Shown one piece after another: positions 29,173 to 39,300 of a stretch of DNA of 64,000 nt; the first letter of the stretch is position 1; every line of letters starts with the position of its first letter. Below the pieces are notes generated by a model, which did not search any database, was not told where the DNA came from, and worked only from the letters and a program-made list of their open reading frames with translations. A program made the translations under genes and the position numbers. The stretch is from positions 896,001-960,000 of the forward strand of contig OY764265.1 of assembly GCA_963668355.1 (NCBI GenBank). Reading direction: 5' to 3'. This DNA comes from Bdellovibrionota bacterium. Lineage in GTDB: Bacteria; Bdellovibrionota_G; JALEGL01; DATDPG01.

Positions 29173-30332
29173 ATCAAACCAAAAAATTGACCATTCTTGG
29201 ATCGACTGGATCGATTGGAACCAGCACACTGGACATTGTCTCCAAGCATCCTGACAAGTACTCCATTCTTTCTCTGGTTGGAGGAGACAATCTCGAACTG
29301 CTTTCCAAACAGGTTCTCGCATTTGAGCCCCAATTGGTGGTCACACGAACCCAAGAAGGAAAAGAAAAGCTTTCTGCCCTTTTGAGTGGAAAGTCTTCGG
29401 CGACTCTTCTCTGGGGCCAAGAAGGGGCAGAGGAAGCGGCCAGTTTGGATGAAAATGATGTGGTCGTCTCTGCGATTGTCGGATCTGCGGGTCTGCGACC
29501 CACAATGAAAGCCCTTGAGAAAGGAAAAGTCGTCGCTTTGGCCAATAAAGAATCCATGGTTGTGGCCGGAGCTCTAATGAATCGAAAAGCCAAAGAGAGT
29601 GGCGCCACAATCCTTCCCGTGGACAGCGAACACAGTGCCATTTTTCAGTCGCTTCAAGGAGCCGAAACCTCCTCTGTAAAACGTCTGATATTGACGGCTT
29701 CAGGGGGCCCTTTCTTTCAACAGAAAGAAAAGGATTTGAGCCAAGTGACCCGATCGGAGGCCCTCAACCACCCCAACTGGAGCATGGGAGCAAAAATCAC
29801 GATTGACTCCGCGACCATGATGAACAAGGGGTTGGAAGTCATTGAGGCCTTCTGGCTGTTCGGCCTTCCGGTGAAACAAATCAATGTCATTGTTCACCCT
29901 CAGTCCATCGTTCATTCGATGGTCGAGTATGTCGATGGCTCTACCCTTGCACAACTTGGAATTCCCGACATGAGAGGCCCCATTGCCTACGCACTTTCTT
30001 ATCCAGAGAGACTCGCCAATGTGGTTGACCCTGTGAATTTTGCCAAAGTGGGGACCCTAACCTTCTTTGAGCCGGACCATGAACGCTTCCCCTCTGTATC
30101 TCTGGCCATGGAAGCTTTAGAATGCAGCGAAACTCACCCGGCCGTTTTAAATGGAGCGAACGAAGTGACTGTACAAGCTTTTTTGGAAGAACAGATTGGA
30201 TTTTTGGACATCGTAAAAATCAATCGTGAAGTTTTGCATCGATACCCAGGCGGAGAAAAGGATACCTTAAAGGACTTCCTCTCAGCAGATACTTGGGGAC
30301 GAAACGAAGCAACAAGACTCATCACAAAGTAA
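29169..30332 (+). CDS. dxr: 1-deoxy-D-xylulose-5-phosphate reductoisomerase
   Basis: LGSTGSIG, LANKE, LPVDSEHSA, HPNWSMGAKITIDSATMMNKGLE. Confidence 0.97.
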   Translation: MNQTKKLTILGSTGSIGTSTLDIVSKHPDKYSILSLVGGDNLELLSKQVLAFEPQLVVTRTQEGKEKLSALLSGKSSATLLWGQEGAEEAASLDENDVVVSAIVGSAGLRPTMKALEKGKVVALANKESMVVAGALMNRKAKESGATILPVDSEHSAIFQSLQGAETSSVKRLILTASGGPFFQQKEKDLSQVTRSEALNHPNWSMGAKITIDSATMMNKGLEVIEAFWLFGLPVKQINVIVHPQSIVHSMVEYVDGSTLAQLGIPDMRGPIAYALSYPERLANVVDPVNFAKVGTLTFFEPDHERFPSVSLAMEALECSETHPAVLNGANEVTVQAFLEEQIGFLDIVKINREVLHRYPGGEKDTLKDFLSADTWGRNEATRLITK

Positions 30333-30347
30333 GGAGAGACTTTCTCA

Positions 30348-31994
30348 ATGTTAACGTATTGGCTACTTTTCATTCTTCTTTTTGGAGTCGTGGTATTCAT
30401 TCACGAACTCGGACATTTTCTCATCGCCAAGGCTTCTGGGGTCTACTGTGAAAGATTTGCCATCGGATTTGGGCCGACCCTTCTGAAAAAGAAGTGGGGA
30501 GAAACCGAATACGCCATATGCGCTTTTCCCTTAGGCGGATACGTGAAAATGCGAGGGGAGGATCCCAACGACAAGGACTCGGCCAATGATCCCCGCTCAT
30601 TTTTGACGGCCAAACTGTCTCATCGAATTGGAATTGCCTCCATGGGCCCCATCGCCAATCTCCTTTTGCCCATCGTTGTTTTTTCGATCATTTTCTTGGT
30701 TGGTTTTCCCACCATCACATCCAAAATCGGATGGGTTATCCCCGGATCACCCGCCGAGAAATCGGGTCTTCGGGCAGGTGACATCATTACGAAAATCGAC
30801 GGAAAAGAGGTTTGGAAATGGTCCGAGGTTGAAAAAACCATTCGGGAACAAGCGGGAAAAGCCATTCTCCTTTCGGTCCATCGAAGGGGGGAAACCGTCG
30901 ATCTTTCAGTCGTACCGGACGCTGAAATGATTACCAACATGTTTGGTGAAGAAGAAGAGGCGGGAAAGATTGGGATCAGTCCCCAGTCTTTACGACCTGT
31001 TTTAGGAATATCCGACACACAATCAGCCATGGCTCAGGCTGGCTTTAAAACGGGAGATGTTGTCCTTAAAATCAATGATGAACCCGTTAACTATTGGTGG
31101 GAAGTTGAAGAGGCCTTTCGGCAAAACACGCCAAAACTAACGTTGCAGGTCGAGCGATACACAGACGTATTGAAAGACAGAGATTCCAACAAACACACGT
31201 TTTCCATTCCTACCCAGAACAAAACATTGGAGGAACTCGGAGCCACGTCTGGAGAACTTTTCATTCGTCAGGTTCAACCCGAGAGCGTAGCAAAGGAAAT
31301 TGGCCTTCAAGCCAACGACCTTCTTTTTTCCATCAACGATGAGAAACTCGACAGTTGGTCCACTTTCCAGAATCGCATTCAGAATAACCGGGGAGAGAAA
31401 ATCAAACTGGGCGTCAAGCGAAATGGAAAGCTCATTCACTTAGATTTTGTCCCGGAAGAAGTGGAATCCAAAAACATGGTTACCAAGGCCAAGGAAACGA
31501 AACGCCAACTCGGCGTTCTTTCCACGGCCATCCCCGGAGAAGTCGACCAAAAAAGCGAACGCTATCTGAATCCGATCTTTGCCCTGGGACATGGCATCAA
31601 AATGACAGGAGAAATGATCGGTCTAACGGTTGCGGGGCTTTACCGCCTATTCACGGGAAAACTCTCCGTAAAAAGGTCTTTGGGAGGGCCCATTTCAATT
31701 TTCTACTTGGCCGGAGGTTCCTACGAAACAGGTGGATGGATTTCCTTCTTTCGAATGATGGCTCTCTTAAGCATCACACTCGGAATCATCAACCTTCTTC
31801 CCATTCCGGTATTGGACGGAGGACATATTTTCTTCTTTCTCATCGAGGCGATAAAAGGAAGTCCTGTAGACATGAAGATTCGAGAGATGGCTCAACAAGT
31901 CGGTCTTCTAATCATCATCCTTCTCATGGCCTTAACATTTTATGTCGACATTGAACGTTATTTTTTCGATCGCATTCGATCATTATTCAATTAG
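30348..31994 (+). CDS. rseP: RIP metalloprotease RseP (about three PDZ domains)
   Basis: HELGH, PLGGYVKM, NLLPIPVLDGGH. Confidence 0.96.
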   Translation: MLTYWLLFILLFGVVVFIHELGHFLIAKASGVYCERFAIGFGPTLLKKKWGETEYAICAFPLGGYVKMRGEDPNDKDSANDPRSFLTAKLSHRIGIASMGPIANLLLPIVVFSIIFLVGFPTITSKIGWVIPGSPAEKSGLRAGDIITKIDGKEVWKWSEVEKTIREQAGKAILLSVHRRGETVDLSVVPDAEMITNMFGEEEEAGKIGISPQSLRPVLGISDTQSAMAQAGFKTGDVVLKINDEPVNYWWEVEEAFRQNTPKLTLQVERYTDVLKDRDSNKHTFSIPTQNKTLEELGATSGELFIRQVQPESVAKEIGLQANDLLFSINDEKLDSWSTFQNRIQNNRGEKIKLGVKRNGKLIHLDFVPEEVESKNMVTKAKETKRQLGVLSTAIPGEVDQKSERYLNPIFALGHGIKMTGEMIGLTVAGLYRLFTGKLSVKRSLGGPISIFYLAGGSYETGGWISFFRMMALLSITLGIINLLPIPVLDGGHIFFFLIEAIKGSPVDMKIREMAQQVGLLIIILLMALTFYVDIERYFFDRIRSLFN

Positions 31995-31997
31995 ACC

Positions 31998-32687
31998 ATG
32001 AATGTTTTAGCTGTAGACACTTCTTCTCGCTCTGGGGCCGTCGGAATTGCCAACGGCGACCAAGTCTTGGCAGAACTGGCACTTAAGTCGCAGGAAAACC
32101 ACTCTGCGCGTCTTCTCCCATCCATTGACTGGGCATTAAACCGCCTGCAAATGAAGTTGGAAGATATTGATGTTTTTGGCGTGGTTACGGGTCCGGGCTC
32201 TTTTACCGGATTACGAGTCGGGCTCGCCACAATTAAGGGTTTTGCCTGGTCGCTCAAAAAGCCGGTTGTGGGCTTGAGTTCCTTGGAGGTCTTAGCTCGT
32301 GGCTTAGAGGTTCCAGGAGCCACCATTGTGCCCATGTTGGATGCTCGAAGAGAAAAAGTGTATTCGGCTGCGTATCAATTCACGTCTTCCGGGTGGACAA
32401 CCCTTTTCCCCGAAAAAGACATAGCGCTGTCTAAGCTTTGTACTGACTTAACCGGAAACATCATATGCTTGGGAAATGGCGCTCGACACTACCAAGGAGA
32501 AATTCAAAATCACCTCAAAGATCGTGTCCATTTTCCTTCTCATACATTCGACACACCCCGAGGGTCTGTATTGGCTCAACTGACCCATGAGAAAGCCCAA
32601 AGAGAAGAGTTTTTAGATGTGAGTTCCGCTGAACCAAATTATTTGAGGCAAAGCGAGGCTGAAGTTAAATTGAAAGAGAGAAATTAA
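31998..32687 (+). CDS. tsaB: tRNA t6A37 biosynthesis protein TsaB
   Basis: LAVDTS, GPGSFTGLRVG, DARR, EPNYLR. Confidence 0.95.
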   Translation: MNVLAVDTSSRSGAVGIANGDQVLAELALKSQENHSARLLPSIDWALNRLQMKLEDIDVFGVVTGPGSFTGLRVGLATIKGFAWSLKKPVVGLSSLEVLARGLEVPGATIVPMLDARREKVYSAAYQFTSSGWTTLFPEKDIALSKLCTDLTGNIICLGNGARHYQGEIQNHLKDRVHFPSHTFDTPRGSVLAQLTHEKAQREEFLDVSSAEPNYLRQSEAEVKLKERN

Positions 32688-33389
32688 GTGAATCCTGTTC
32701 AAAAAATTTTTAAGAATCCAAAAGAGTTTTTTGACTCCATCAAAACCATTTTAATCGCGGTCTTTGTGGCCTTGGTTTTCCGATATTCGGTTGCAGCCCC
32801 CTACAAAATTCCTACGGGCTCCATGATTCCGACTCTGAAAATTGGAGACTTTATTTTTGTAAGCAAGCTTTCGTATGGAATCAAGCTTCCGTTCACAAAT
32901 TACAACATCATCACGCACGACACGCCGAAACGAGGAGAAGTGATTGTCTTTGTCTATCCCGAAAACAAAGATCTTGATTTCATTAAACGCGTGGTCGGAG
33001 TGGCTGGAGATGAGGTCGAACTTCGAAATGACCTGCTTTTTATCAACGGAAAACTCATGCCTCGGGTCAGGGAAGATGATCGATCCCCTGTGGAAGACGT
33101 GACCCCAGCTTCCGTTCGTGAGGCGGCCCAGCTGTATACCGAAGACTTGGACGGCAAAAAGCATCTGGTCATGGAACTCTTCCCCTTTCCAGAGAATTAC
33201 GGTCCCGTAAAAGTTCCCAAAGGACATTTGTTGGTGATGGGGGATAACCGGGATAACTCAAAAGATGGCCGCGTTTGGGGATTCTTACCCGTTGAAAACG
33301 TACGAGGTCGCGCACTTTTCGTTTGGCTTTCGCTGGATACCGAACGTTGGCGAGTTCGCTGGAATCGCTTCGGGAAAAAAGTCCTGTGA
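32688..33389 (+). CDS. lepB: Signal peptidase I
   Basis: IPTGSMIPTL, FIKRVVG, MGDNRDNSKDGR; GTG start. Confidence 0.95.
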   Translation: MNPVQKIFKNPKEFFDSIKTILIAVFVALVFRYSVAAPYKIPTGSMIPTLKIGDFIFVSKLSYGIKLPFTNYNIITHDTPKRGEVIVFVYPENKDLDFIKRVVGVAGDEVELRNDLLFINGKLMPRVREDDRSPVEDVTPASVREAAQLYTEDLDGKKHLVMELFPFPENYGPVKVPKGHLLVMGDNRDNSKDGRVWGFLPVENVRGRALFVWLSLDTERWRVRWNRFGKKVL

Positions 33390-33479
33390 TTTAGCCTTGT
33401 TGCCTCCTCATTTCGAGCCGGGTGGAATTCCTTTCCTTGCAGATTGCAAAGGTCCAGGAAGTCGTTCACAATAAAGGGA

Positions 33480-33893
33480 ATGGGAAAGGCTGACAAATTC
33501 ATCGATCGAACCATTTTAAACCTCGCGCCTGAGGAGGTCCCTGAGATTGAGCATAATCGAAGAATTCGGGGAGACCGATTGTGGGTTTCTTTTCCTGTAT
33601 TCGCAACGTTCCAGGGGAACTTGATTCAAGGTTATATGGAGGCCTTGAACCTAAGTTGGTCGGGGATGTTGATCGCAACGAACTTTCCTCTTTCTCCTGG
33701 GGATGACCTTGAACTGGAGTTTACCCTACCTGGCTCTGAAATCCCCATTCAGGTTGGGTCTCGGGTCATTCATCGAATTTCTGAAAACACGCCGGAAGAA
33801 GCCACGCAGATCGGTGTCGCTTTTCAAGAAATGGAACTCAATACCCAGAGGATGATTTCTGGATTCGTTTTGCAGTATCTCCCTCACGAGTAG
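33480..33893 (+). CDS. PilZ domain protein
   Basis: Arg-rich RRIRGDR, NLSWSG, LELEFTLP, IGVAF. Confidence 0.8.
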   Translation: MGKADKFIDRTILNLAPEEVPEIEHNRRIRGDRLWVSFPVFATFQGNLIQGYMEALNLSWSGMLIATNFPLSPGDDLELEFTLPGSEIPIQVGSRVIHRISENTPEEATQIGVAFQEMELNTQRMISGFVLQYLPHE

Positions 33894-33902
33894 GGATGAA
33901 CT

Positions 33903-34751
33903 TCAGAAAACATTGCTTAGAGAACGTCCAAGTCCTTCCAATATAAGTCGAGCTTCCTCTGCAATTTTGATGAATTCGATGGCAAAACCTTTGCCCTCAC
34001 CTCTCCCCGACTCATTGACTCGAACCACTTTTCCAGAAATGGGGGTGGGATCAAATAGCGTCGGAATCCACACCTCCATATCTAACTGATCATCCTTTTG
34101 AGGAAGATCATCGGCCAAGACATATAATCCTCCTCCACTGACATTGTGGGTAAATAGATTCTGGGGTTCTCCGTTGGGTGCCCATACAACCTTCAAACTA
34201 ATCGGTACGCGGGGCCATTTCCGACGATCTTGATCGCTCAACATTTCCGTCAACATTTCTTCGACAACAATGCCCATGGGAAGCATGACTTCTTCCTCTT
34301 CGGAGCTGATTTCAAGTTTTTCCGCCTGTTCCGGATAATAGGTAAAAGCACCTCGCTCCCATTTGAGCACCCAACGCACAATCTGTTTCATCTGTTTGGA
34401 TAGAACTTCAATGATTTGATCGTGCGTGACATAACCCAGGTCCTTGAATATTGCCCCGAGCATTTTCTTTTCCGAACTTAATCTCTGGGTTTCCAAAGCC
34501 AAATCGAGATGCTTTCGCTGAATGACTCCATGAGAGATCAAAAGCTCACCGATCCCCACGCGTCGCATGGATGAAACGGCCTGAACAATCCCCCCTTCGC
34601 GGAATACCAAGAATGCGACACGAGGAAAACTGCGGATGTAAAGAAACCCCGTTTTGCGACCCAACTCCAACATCTGCAAAACACTGGTAAGAGGAAAGTC
34701 TGACAAATCGCCACCGAAACCTCGGGCGGCCTGAGACCATTTTTCACTCAT
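33903..34751 (-). CDS. DUF4388 protein with MshEN-like insert and C-terminal PilZ domain
   Basis: GDLSDFPLTSVLQML...KTG...WERGAF (DUF4388); two 24-aa MshEN-like motifs; RRKWPR and NVSGGG (PilZ). Confidence 0.85.
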   Translation of the reverse strand: MSEKWSQAARGFGGDLSDFPLTSVLQMLELGRKTGFLYIRSFPRVAFLVFREGGIVQAVSSMRRVGIGELLISHGVIQRKHLDLALETQRLSSEKKMLGAIFKDLGYVTHDQIIEVLSKQMKQIVRWVLKWERGAFTYYPEQAEKLEISSEEEEVMLPMGIVVEEMLTEMLSDQDRRKWPRVPISLKVVWAPNGEPQNLFTHNVSGGGLYVLADDLPQKDDQLDMEVWIPTLFDPTPISGKVVRVNESGRGEGKGFAIEFIKIAEEARLILEGLGRSLSNVF

Positions 34752-34808
34752 GGGATGAGTTTATGCGAGCAAGGCAATTTATCCAACCTATGTCTTCACC
34801 CCAAAAGA

Positions 34809-35558
34809 CTATGGAAAAAGAATCTTCTTAATGGCACGAACCGTAACCTGCCGTCCCATTTCCGCAATGGATTCCGTAAGGGGAATTTCCTTGGGACAAG
34901 CTCGCACACAGTTCTGCGCATTCCCACAATCACTGACTCCACCCGGCTCCATTAATGCATCCAGTCGCTTTTCCTTGTGCATTTTTCCTGTGGGATGGGC
35001 ATTGAATAGTCTTACCTGACTGATGGGTTGGGCACCCAAGAAGTTATTGTTCAGCGTAAACTCAGGACAGACTTCCAAACAACACCCACAGGTCATGCAG
35101 GTGGAAAGCACATAATTCTTTTGTTGGTGCTCCGTAGACTGACGCATCCCGGGCCCCAAATCGTACGTACCATCGATATCCACCCAGGCTTTGACGCGTT
35201 TAAGATTCTCAAACATCCGTGTCCGATCCACCACCAAGTCACGAATCAAAGGAAACTTGGTCATGGGCTCCAAGCGAATGGGTTGCTTGATTTGAGAAAT
35301 TAAAGTCGAACAGGCTTGACGAACCTTTCCGTTGATCACCATGGAACAAGCGCCACACACTTCCTCCAAGCAAACCGCTTGCCACATGACAGGTGTCGTG
35401 GGTTTTCCATCTTTTCGTACCGGATTTTTTTGGATTTCCTGCAACGCCGTAATGACATTCATTCCAGGAGAGTAGGGAACTTCGAATTCTTCCCAAAAAG
35501 GTTTTTGGCTTGGACCCGCTTGGCGTTTCACTTGAACATGAACTTTGTCCGCCATCAC
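34809..35558 (-). CDS. sdhB: Succinate dehydrogenase Fe-S subunit
   Basis: CLEEVCGAC, CMTCGCCLEVCP, CGNAQNCVRACP. Confidence 0.96.
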   Translation of the reverse strand: MMADKVHVQVKRQAGPSQKPFWEEFEVPYSPGMNVITALQEIQKNPVRKDGKPTTPVMWQAVCLEEVCGACSMVINGKVRQACSTLISQIKQPIRLEPMTKFPLIRDLVVDRTRMFENLKRVKAWVDIDGTYDLGPGMRQSTEHQQKNYVLSTCMTCGCCLEVCPEFTLNNNFLGAQPISQVRLFNAHPTGKMHKEKRLDALMEPGGVSDCGNAQNCVRACPKEIPLTESIAEMGRQVTVRAIKKILFP

Positions 35559-37357
35559 TTTTCCTCCTTCACCGCAGTTTTTCCGGTGTCATAGGATCGT
35601 TTCCGCGGTTCGATGAGGGAGACATCCACTTCATCGTAGGTAAACTCCGGCCCCTTGGGTGTCCATTTGGCTCTCGTGGTCTTGAGCCACTCTTGATCGT
35701 TTCGCTCTGGGAACTCCGGTTTGTAATGAGCTCCACGACTTTCATTTCTCGCCAACGCCCCCAAAGTCATCGTTTGAGCCAAATCAAACATGAGTTCGAC
35801 TTGTCGAGCAAAAATCACTTCTTGGTTCACCCAACGAGACTTGTCGGAAATCCCAATGTTCTTAAATCGCTCTTTGAGTTCTAGGATTTTCTCGTTCGTC
35901 TCTTCCAATTTCTTGTTCTCTCGTACAACGGTCACATAGTCCGTCATCATATCACCCAGTTCAGAGTGAATTCGATACGCGTTCTCCTTGCCATCTTTAT
36001 CGTAGAAGTGATCCAAATGATCTTGCTGTTTCTTTCTTTCTTGATCGAAAAGATTTGCCGAAACCGATTCAGAGCCCTCATCCAAAGACTTGGCATACTC
36101 GTTCATATAAGGTCCACTCATTCTTCCACTGTAGATGCATGAAAGAAGGGAGTTTGCACCAAGGCGATTTCCTCCATGGAATTGATAGTCGGCCTCTCCC
36201 GCAGCAAAGAGACCCGGAATATTGGTCATTTGTTTGAAATCAACCCACATTCCTCCCATGGAATAATGAACCCCTGGGAAAATTCTCATGGGGACATACC
36301 GAGGATCATCGCCCACAAACTTTTCGTAGATATGAAGAACTCCCCCGAGTTTTTGGGTCAACACATCTGCTGGAATATGGGTGATATCTAGATAGACTTG
36401 CCGTTTCTCTTCGATCCCCTTTTTCAATTCAACACAAACTTTGAAAATAGCCCGAGCCGCGATATCTCGAGGAACCAGGTTTCCGTAAGCCGGATACCAG
36501 TCTTCGAGAAAAAACCATCGATCCGCCTCGGGAATATCCTGAGGGGATCTCTTGTCAAAGGGATCCTTTGGCGTCCAAACCCGTCCCCCCTCTCCACGAA
36601 TGGATTCCGACATTAAGCGAAGTTTATCGGGACCGGGAACCGTGGTGGGATGAACCTGAACAAACTCCCCGTTGGCGTAGTCAACACCAGCCCGAAAAGC
36701 GCCCGCAGCAGCCGCTCCCGTGTTAATCAGCGAATTGGTTGTCCGACCAAAGACCAAGCCGGGGCCACCCGTGGCCAGCATAACCGCCTCCCCTTTAAAG
36801 GGGAGGATCTTCATTTCATTCTGATTCAATGCCGTAATTCCTCGGCAAATTCCTTTTGGATCCAGGACAGGAGAAACAAATTCCCATCCAATGAATTTTT
36901 CGACCAGACCTTGGTCCTCAAATCGGCGCACTTGCTCATCCAGAGCATAAATGAGCTGTTGCCCAGTGGTCGCTCCCGCAAATGCCGTGCGATTGTGTTG
37001 GGTTCCCCCAAACCGTCGAAAATCGATTAAGCCTTCAGAGGTTCGATTGAATGGAACGCCCATTCGATCCAAAAGATAAATGATGCCCGGAGCTTGATCG
37101 CACATATCTTTCACCGGAGGTTGGTTAGCTAAAAAATCTCCTCCGTAGATGGTGTCGTCAAAATGTTCCCAAGGGGAATCACCCTCTCCTTTGGTGTTCA
37201 CAGCTCCATTGATCCCCCCTTGTGCACACACGCTATGGGACCTTCTCACCGGAACATAGGAAAACAGTTGAACCTTATTTCCCAGCTCACACAGACGAAT
37301 GGTCGTCATGAGACCTGCAAGACCTCCACCCACGACAATGAACGTTGGTTGCGTCAT
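35555..37357 (-). CDS. sdhA: Succinate dehydrogenase flavoprotein subunit
   Basis: GGGLAG, RSHSVCAQGGIN, QVHPT, HYSMGG, HGGNRLGANS, ESRGAH. Confidence 0.97.
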   Translation of the reverse strand: MTQPTFIVVGGGLAGLMTTIRLCELGNKVQLFSYVPVRRSHSVCAQGGINGAVNTKGEGDSPWEHFDDTIYGGDFLANQPPVKDMCDQAPGIIYLLDRMGVPFNRTSEGLIDFRRFGGTQHNRTAFAGATTGQQLIYALDEQVRRFEDQGLVEKFIGWEFVSPVLDPKGICRGITALNQNEMKILPFKGEAVMLATGGPGLVFGRTTNSLINTGAAAAGAFRAGVDYANGEFVQVHPTTVPGPDKLRLMSESIRGEGGRVWTPKDPFDKRSPQDIPEADRWFFLEDWYPAYGNLVPRDIAARAIFKVCVELKKGIEEKRQVYLDITHIPADVLTQKLGGVLHIYEKFVGDDPRYVPMRIFPGVHYSMGGMWVDFKQMTNIPGLFAAGEADYQFHGGNRLGANSLLSCIYSGRMSGPYMNEYAKSLDEGSESVSANLFDQERKKQQDHLDHFYDKDGKENAYRIHSELGDMMTDYVTVVRENKKLEETNEKILELKERFKNIGISDKSRWVNQEVIFARQVELMFDLAQTMTLGALARNESRGAHYKPEFPERNDQEWLKTTRAKWTPKGPEFTYDEVDVSLIEPRKRSYDTGKTAVKEEK

Positions 37358-37358
37358 T

Positions 37359-37994
37359 TTACATACCCCCTGCTGCAGTCAGAAATCCACGAAATGCATC
37401 GAAGGCCATGTACAGCAAGACCAGTCCGAAACCATAACAAACGAAGAGAGAAATTTTCTGAGCTTTGGCCGAAACCGTAATTCCCCAGACAATCAAGAAC
37501 GTCCAGAGCCCATTGGCCAAATGGAAAATGGCCGCCAAGGTCCCCGCAATTTGAAACGCCACAACCCAAGGGTTGGTAAACTGTGCGGCCATATAATCGA
37601 AGAAATTCAACTTAATGGAGGGATCCAACACGGCCTGATAACGGGTCTCATAGACATGCCAAACGATGTAAACCAAAAGAAAAATTCCCGAAACTCTTTG
37701 AAAAAAATGCGTCCAATTTCGAAAGTAGCTGTATTGGGTGGGATTGGGACGAAAAGCCACGGCCAAATAAACACCGATCAACGCATGAAACAGAATCGGA
37801 ATACCGATCAAAAATATTTCCAAGTACAACACATAAGGCAGCCCCAGAAGGAATTCCACGGCTTCGTTATAAGCCACACGCCCCTCTGCCGCCCTGGAGT
37901 TCGTCAGCATATGTTCAAAAAGAAAGACGCCAATGGGGATGACCCCGGTCAGCGAGTGAAGTCTGCGTAGCCAAAAGGCTCTTAGGTTGATCAT
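37359..37994 (-). CDS. sdhC: Succinate dehydrogenase cytochrome b558 subunit (single large anchor, Bacillus-type)
   Basis: RRLHSLTGVIPIG, FHALIG, QRVSG..WHV, FHLANGLW; five TM helices. Confidence 0.92.
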   Translation of the reverse strand: MINLRAFWLRRLHSLTGVIPIGVFLFEHMLTNSRAAEGRVAYNEAVEFLLGLPYVLYLEIFLIGIPILFHALIGVYLAVAFRPNPTQYSYFRNWTHFFQRVSGIFLLVYIVWHVYETRYQAVLDPSIKLNFFDYMAAQFTNPWVVAFQIAGTLAAIFHLANGLWTFLIVWGITVSAKAQKISLFVCYGFGLVLLYMAFDAFRGFLTAAGGM

Positions 37995-38059
37995 CGCCGC
38001 ATGGTTTTAACGTAGCCCCCAAAGGTTGGCAATTCAAAAATCCCAATAATTCTAGTAGT

Positions 38060-39115
38060 ATGCGCGCAATGGCCCCAATTCCTGCGCGTCGCATTGCCGC
38101 CGTCCGAAAGGCACTTCTCGCTTGGTATTACAAGCATCGCCGTTCTCTGCCTTGGCGAAACACACGGGACCCCTATCGAATTTGGATTTCTGAAATCATG
38201 GCTCAGCAAACCCGGATTGAAACCGTCGTCCCCTATTACGAGCGATTCATTCGTCGTTTTCCGCGTATCCACGACCTGGCGCAAGCGCAAGAAGAAGATG
38301 TCCTCAAACTCTGGGAAGGGTTGGGTTATTACTCACGGGCACGAAACCTCCACTCGGCCGCCAAAGAGGTTTGTGAATCCTATGGAGGAAAGCTCCCCCC
38401 AACGGCTCAGGAATTAAAACAATTGAAAGGCTTTGGACCCTATACTTCAGCTTCCGTGGCTTCCATTGCCTTTGGCGAGGCCATCGCATGCGTGGATGGA
38501 AATGTGCGACGCGTGTTGTCGAGATGCTTCGAAACCCATGAACCCGTGGAACCCTATGCCGCGCAACTCATCGACGCAAAAGATCCTTCAGGGTTCAATC
38601 AGGGGCTGATGGAATTAGGAGCCCGCGTTTGCCTCCCCCGCAAGCCCAAATGCGAACTTTGCCCCCTTCAAAAGGTGTGTCAAGCCCATCACAACGACTC
38701 GGTATCTCACTTCCCCTCCAAAAAGGAAAAGACCAAAGTCAAACAACGCTCGCTCGGCGTTTTCATTCTTCGACAAAAAACCCGCGTTCTCTTTCTGAAA
38801 CGATCTTCAACAGGGCTTTGGGGTGGAATGTGGGAGCTCCCTTCCTTTGACCTGGCCCCTAAAAGCACAAAAAATGATCATCTTCAAAGCCTTCGGGAGA
38901 GATTTGGAGTCGACTGTGGCCCCTTAAGCCAGCAAGGGAGTTTCAAACATATTCTGAGCCATCAAAAAATCGATGTAACGGTCTTCGAGGCCAACATCAC
39001 TCAAACCAAAGACGTCAAAAAACTGAATTGGCTCACTCCCCGAGAGGTCCGTGAGCGGCCCCTTTCTCGCCTTCAACAAAAGGCCTGGGAAATGCGAACC
39101 AATCAAACTCCTTGA
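38060..39115 (+). CDS. mutY: A/G-specific adenine glycosylase
   Basis: RSLPWR, WISEIMAQQT, WEGLGYYSRARN, VDGNVRRV, CLPRKPKCELCPLQKVC. Confidence 0.96.
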   Translation: MRAMAPIPARRIAAVRKALLAWYYKHRRSLPWRNTRDPYRIWISEIMAQQTRIETVVPYYERFIRRFPRIHDLAQAQEEDVLKLWEGLGYYSRARNLHSAAKEVCESYGGKLPPTAQELKQLKGFGPYTSASVASIAFGEAIACVDGNVRRVLSRCFETHEPVEPYAAQLIDAKDPSGFNQGLMELGARVCLPRKPKCELCPLQKVCQAHHNDSVSHFPSKKEKTKVKQRSLGVFILRQKTRVLFLKRSSTGLWGGMWELPSFDLAPKSTKNDHLQSLRERFGVDCGPLSQQGSFKHILSHQKIDVTVFEANITQTKDVKKLNWLTPREVRERPLSRLQQKAWEMRTNQTP

Positions 39116-39146
39116 AAGGAAGTCCTGAATAACTGAAGAGTTTGGG

Positions 39147-39300
39147 CGTCTCGGAAGTGTTTTGTTTTCGGGAGGAGAAATTAAGCGGAGCCTCCAGAGC
39201 ATCTTAAATGCGTGGATTTGCAAAATTTACAGAAACTTCTTTGATTGGCACGGCAGACGCGCGAGCCATTCGACGGAGAAAACAAAACACTTCCGAGACG
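39147..39300. repeat. MITE-like palindromic element, copy 1
   Basis: Perfect 23-bp terminal IR at 39147-39169/39278-39300; interior differs from the copy at 44297-44448 by five substitutions. Confidence 0.9.

Noticed and set aside
34809..37994. Three-subunit succinate dehydrogenase lacking sdhD as a novelty
   Set aside because: This is the known Bacillus-type enzyme with a single large cytochrome b anchor.
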